Assembly: GCA_963829525.1 (NCBI GenBank)
Contig: CAWHIJ010000003.1
Span: 2,144,001-2,208,000 of the forward strand
Source: an uncultured Actinomycetota bacterium
GTDB taxonomy: Bacteria > Actinomycetota > Actinomycetes > JAHEKZ01
Direction of reading: 5' to 3'
Length of the DNA: 64,000 bases
Below the pieces are notes generated by a model. That model saw only the letters and a program-made list of their open reading frames with translations. It ran no database searches and was not told the DNA's origin. The position numbers were made by a program, and so were the translations under genes. Of the stretch, positions 62,237-64,000 are shown piece by piece (position 1 is the stretch's first letter; each line of letters begins with the position of its first letter).

Positions 62237-63751
62237 TCATTCAGTGGCGTCGGCTGCGTCCCGGTCGCGCACCGCCAGCGCCACCCAGAGCTCTGCGCGC
62301 AGATCCGGATCGTTCAGCGAGCGCTCCAACAGATCCTCTACCCGTTTCATCCGGTAGCGGAGCGTGTGGCGGTGCACGCCGAGCGTCGTGGCGGCGGCGT
62401 CCCACTGACCGTGGTGGGCCAGCCAGGCCCGTACGGAGGCAACCAGGTCGCCCCGCTCCCGGCTCTCCAGCGGCCCAAGCAGCGCGTCGGCGAAGCCGCG
62501 AGCTGCCTCCTCGTCGACCAGACCGACGAGGCCGTCCCTGGCCAGGTCACCGAAGAAGCGGGTGCCGCTTGCCCCTGCAGCCGCAAGAGCGCGGCGACCC
62601 TGTCGGAGGCCGTCACCGAGAGCGGCGACGGGCACAACATCACTGATGCCCCAGGCAATCGTTCCCGTTGTCGTACCCGGGGCGGGGATCGGTGGTGTAG
62701 GTGGCCCGGCAGCGGGCTGCAGCACCACCACGCGACCCTCGTACAGGGCCGCCCCGCGCCACCCATCGGCCGCGTCGAACTCTTCGACCTGCTCCACGAG
62801 CGCCAGCAGGTCGGCCGCGAGTCCATCAGCGACAAGGACGCGGACGGGCCCGGCCAGCAGCTCATCCCAGCCCACCCCGGCGACAGGAAGTCGCTCGACG
62901 GGGATGCCGTCGGCGAGCAGCGCCAGCAGCGCCGAACGCAACTCTCGCCGGGCCGTGTCGGTGCCGATTGACCGCTCCATCGCGAGCGAGACCAGGGCAA
63001 CACCCACGTTGACCAGGGCGAGATCTGCTGTCGCGAACGGCTCAGGCCTAGCCACAGCCAGGAAGCCGCGTATTCGACCCGCTGGTGCGAGCGGCTGCAG
63101 GACTAGGTGGTGCCGGTCCACCTCGATCGCAGCTGAGCTGCGCGGACCTCGCTCACGCATCCTCTCGACCTCAGTCCCGAGCGCCTCCACCCAGCTGGCC
63201 GCCTCGCGCGGCGCAGCGTGGAGCAGACGTCCGGCAGGGTCTAGGAGCACCAGGTCGGCGTTGAGCACGACGGAGAGCCTGGCCACGACAGCGGCCGCAC
63301 CCTCTGGTGCGAGAGCGGCCCTGGTCAGGTCACGTTGCGCCTCCACCGTTCGCGTCACGGCCTCGTACTCAGCGGCCGCCAGGAGGTCGGAGATGGCGCG
63401 GCTGACCGCCATGAACGGCGTTGGTTCGGGCACTTCCAGCAGCGGGAGTCCGGCCGCGTCGGCCGCCGCCACCAGGTCGGCCGGGACACGGTCGTGGGTC
63501 AGACCGACACCGATGCCGACCGCACTCACACCCGCCCGACTGAGCCGGTCGACGAAGCCCGACCAGTCGTCGTCGCCGAGCCGTAGCCCCGTCGTCAGAA
63601 GCAGTTCACCCCCGTCGAGGTAAGGCGTCGGGTCCTCGAGCTCGCTGACCGCCACCCATCGCACCGGGGCATCGATCGCCTGCCGGCCGGCCCGCAGCAC
63701 GAGGGCGAGCGAGGGGATGTCGAGGATCGTTCGTACTGTTGGGCGAGCCAC
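62237..63751 (-). CDS. PucR/CdaR family transcriptional regulator
   Basis: VRWVAVSELEDPTPYLDGGELLLTTG; C-terminal HTH LGVHRHTLRYRM; GTG after GGAGG. Confidence 0.93.
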   Translation of the reverse strand: MARPTVRTILDIPSLALVLRAGRQAIDAPVRWVAVSELEDPTPYLDGGELLLTTGLRLGDDDWSGFVDRLSRAGVSAVGIGVGLTHDRVPADLVAAADAAGLPLLEVPEPTPFMAVSRAISDLLAAAEYEAVTRTVEAQRDLTRAALAPEGAAAVVARLSVVLNADLVLLDPAGRLLHAAPREAASWVEALGTEVERMRERGPRSSAAIEVDRHHLVLQPLAPAGRIRGFLAVARPEPFATADLALVNVGVALVSLAMERSIGTDTARRELRSALLALLADGIPVERLPVAGVGWDELLAGPVRVLVADGLAADLLALVEQVEEFDAADGWRGAALYEGRVVVLQPAAGPPTPPIPAPGTTTGTIAWGISDVVPVAALGDGLRQGRRALAAAGASGTRFFGDLARDGLVGLVDEEAARGFADALLGPLESRERGDLVASVRAWLAHHGQWDAAATTLGVHRHTLRYRMKRVEDLLERSLNDPDLRAELWVALAVRDRDAADATE

Positions 63752-63966
63752 CGGACCTCCGATGCTGGTCGGTTCTGAGCACGACTCATCTGGTCCCTCT
63801 GAGCGCCCACGGGCCTCGTGGACGGCTTGGCCCATAGTAGCTACTAAGTTGTCCATTTCGGCGCGGAGGCACAGGTTGCCATATCGCCTTACAGTGGCGG
63901 TACGAGCCAGAGGTACCGGGACGACGTCCGGTCACCGGCCCACTTCACCTGAAAGCGAGTCCGACC

Positions 63967-64000
63967 ATGTCAGCACCTACGAGCGCGACCACCCAGGTCA
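63967..64000 (+). CDS. Start of a gene divergent from the PucR regulator (truncated by the window)
   Basis: ATG after GAAAGCGAG; only 11 codons visible. Confidence 0.35.
   Translation, partial: MSAPTSATTQV

Overview
High-GC actinobacterial chromosomal segment, mostly the conserved minus-strand core block. In transcription order: PucR regulator, aldehyde dehydrogenase, dxr, M50 protease, ispG, GNAT, proS, rimP, nusA, ylxR, infB, rbfA, DHH, truB, ribF, rpsO, pnp, M16 peptidase, dapB, thyX, dapA, rnj, ftsK, rodZ, rimO, pgsA, cinA, clgR-like, recA, recX, miaB; lhr lies on the + strand. Accessory material: an ~8.8 kb patch between miaB and recX (SerA-like + DUF1015, DUF222-HNH nuclease, Rieske oxygenase, S9 peptidase, delta-60-repeat secreted protein), a frameshifted membrane protein next to rpsO, and a multiply frameshifted second DUF222-HNH plus MMPL/TetR upstream of dxr. 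No rRNA, tRNA, CRISPR, transposase or prophage was seen. Best leads: (1) an intact DUF222-HNH gene with both a RecA-NDp (PafBC-type) promoter and a perfect LexA box, preceded by a ~200-nt nested, structured leader and followed by a 17-bp tandem array; (2) three ATGA-coupled micro-ORFs plus a hairpin directly upstream of infB; (3) an orphan perfect 30-bp palindrome before the Rieske gene; (4) a mid-gene G/T to C/A strand-skew inversion in two accessory genes. All calls are by eye from motifs and synteny; no searches were run.
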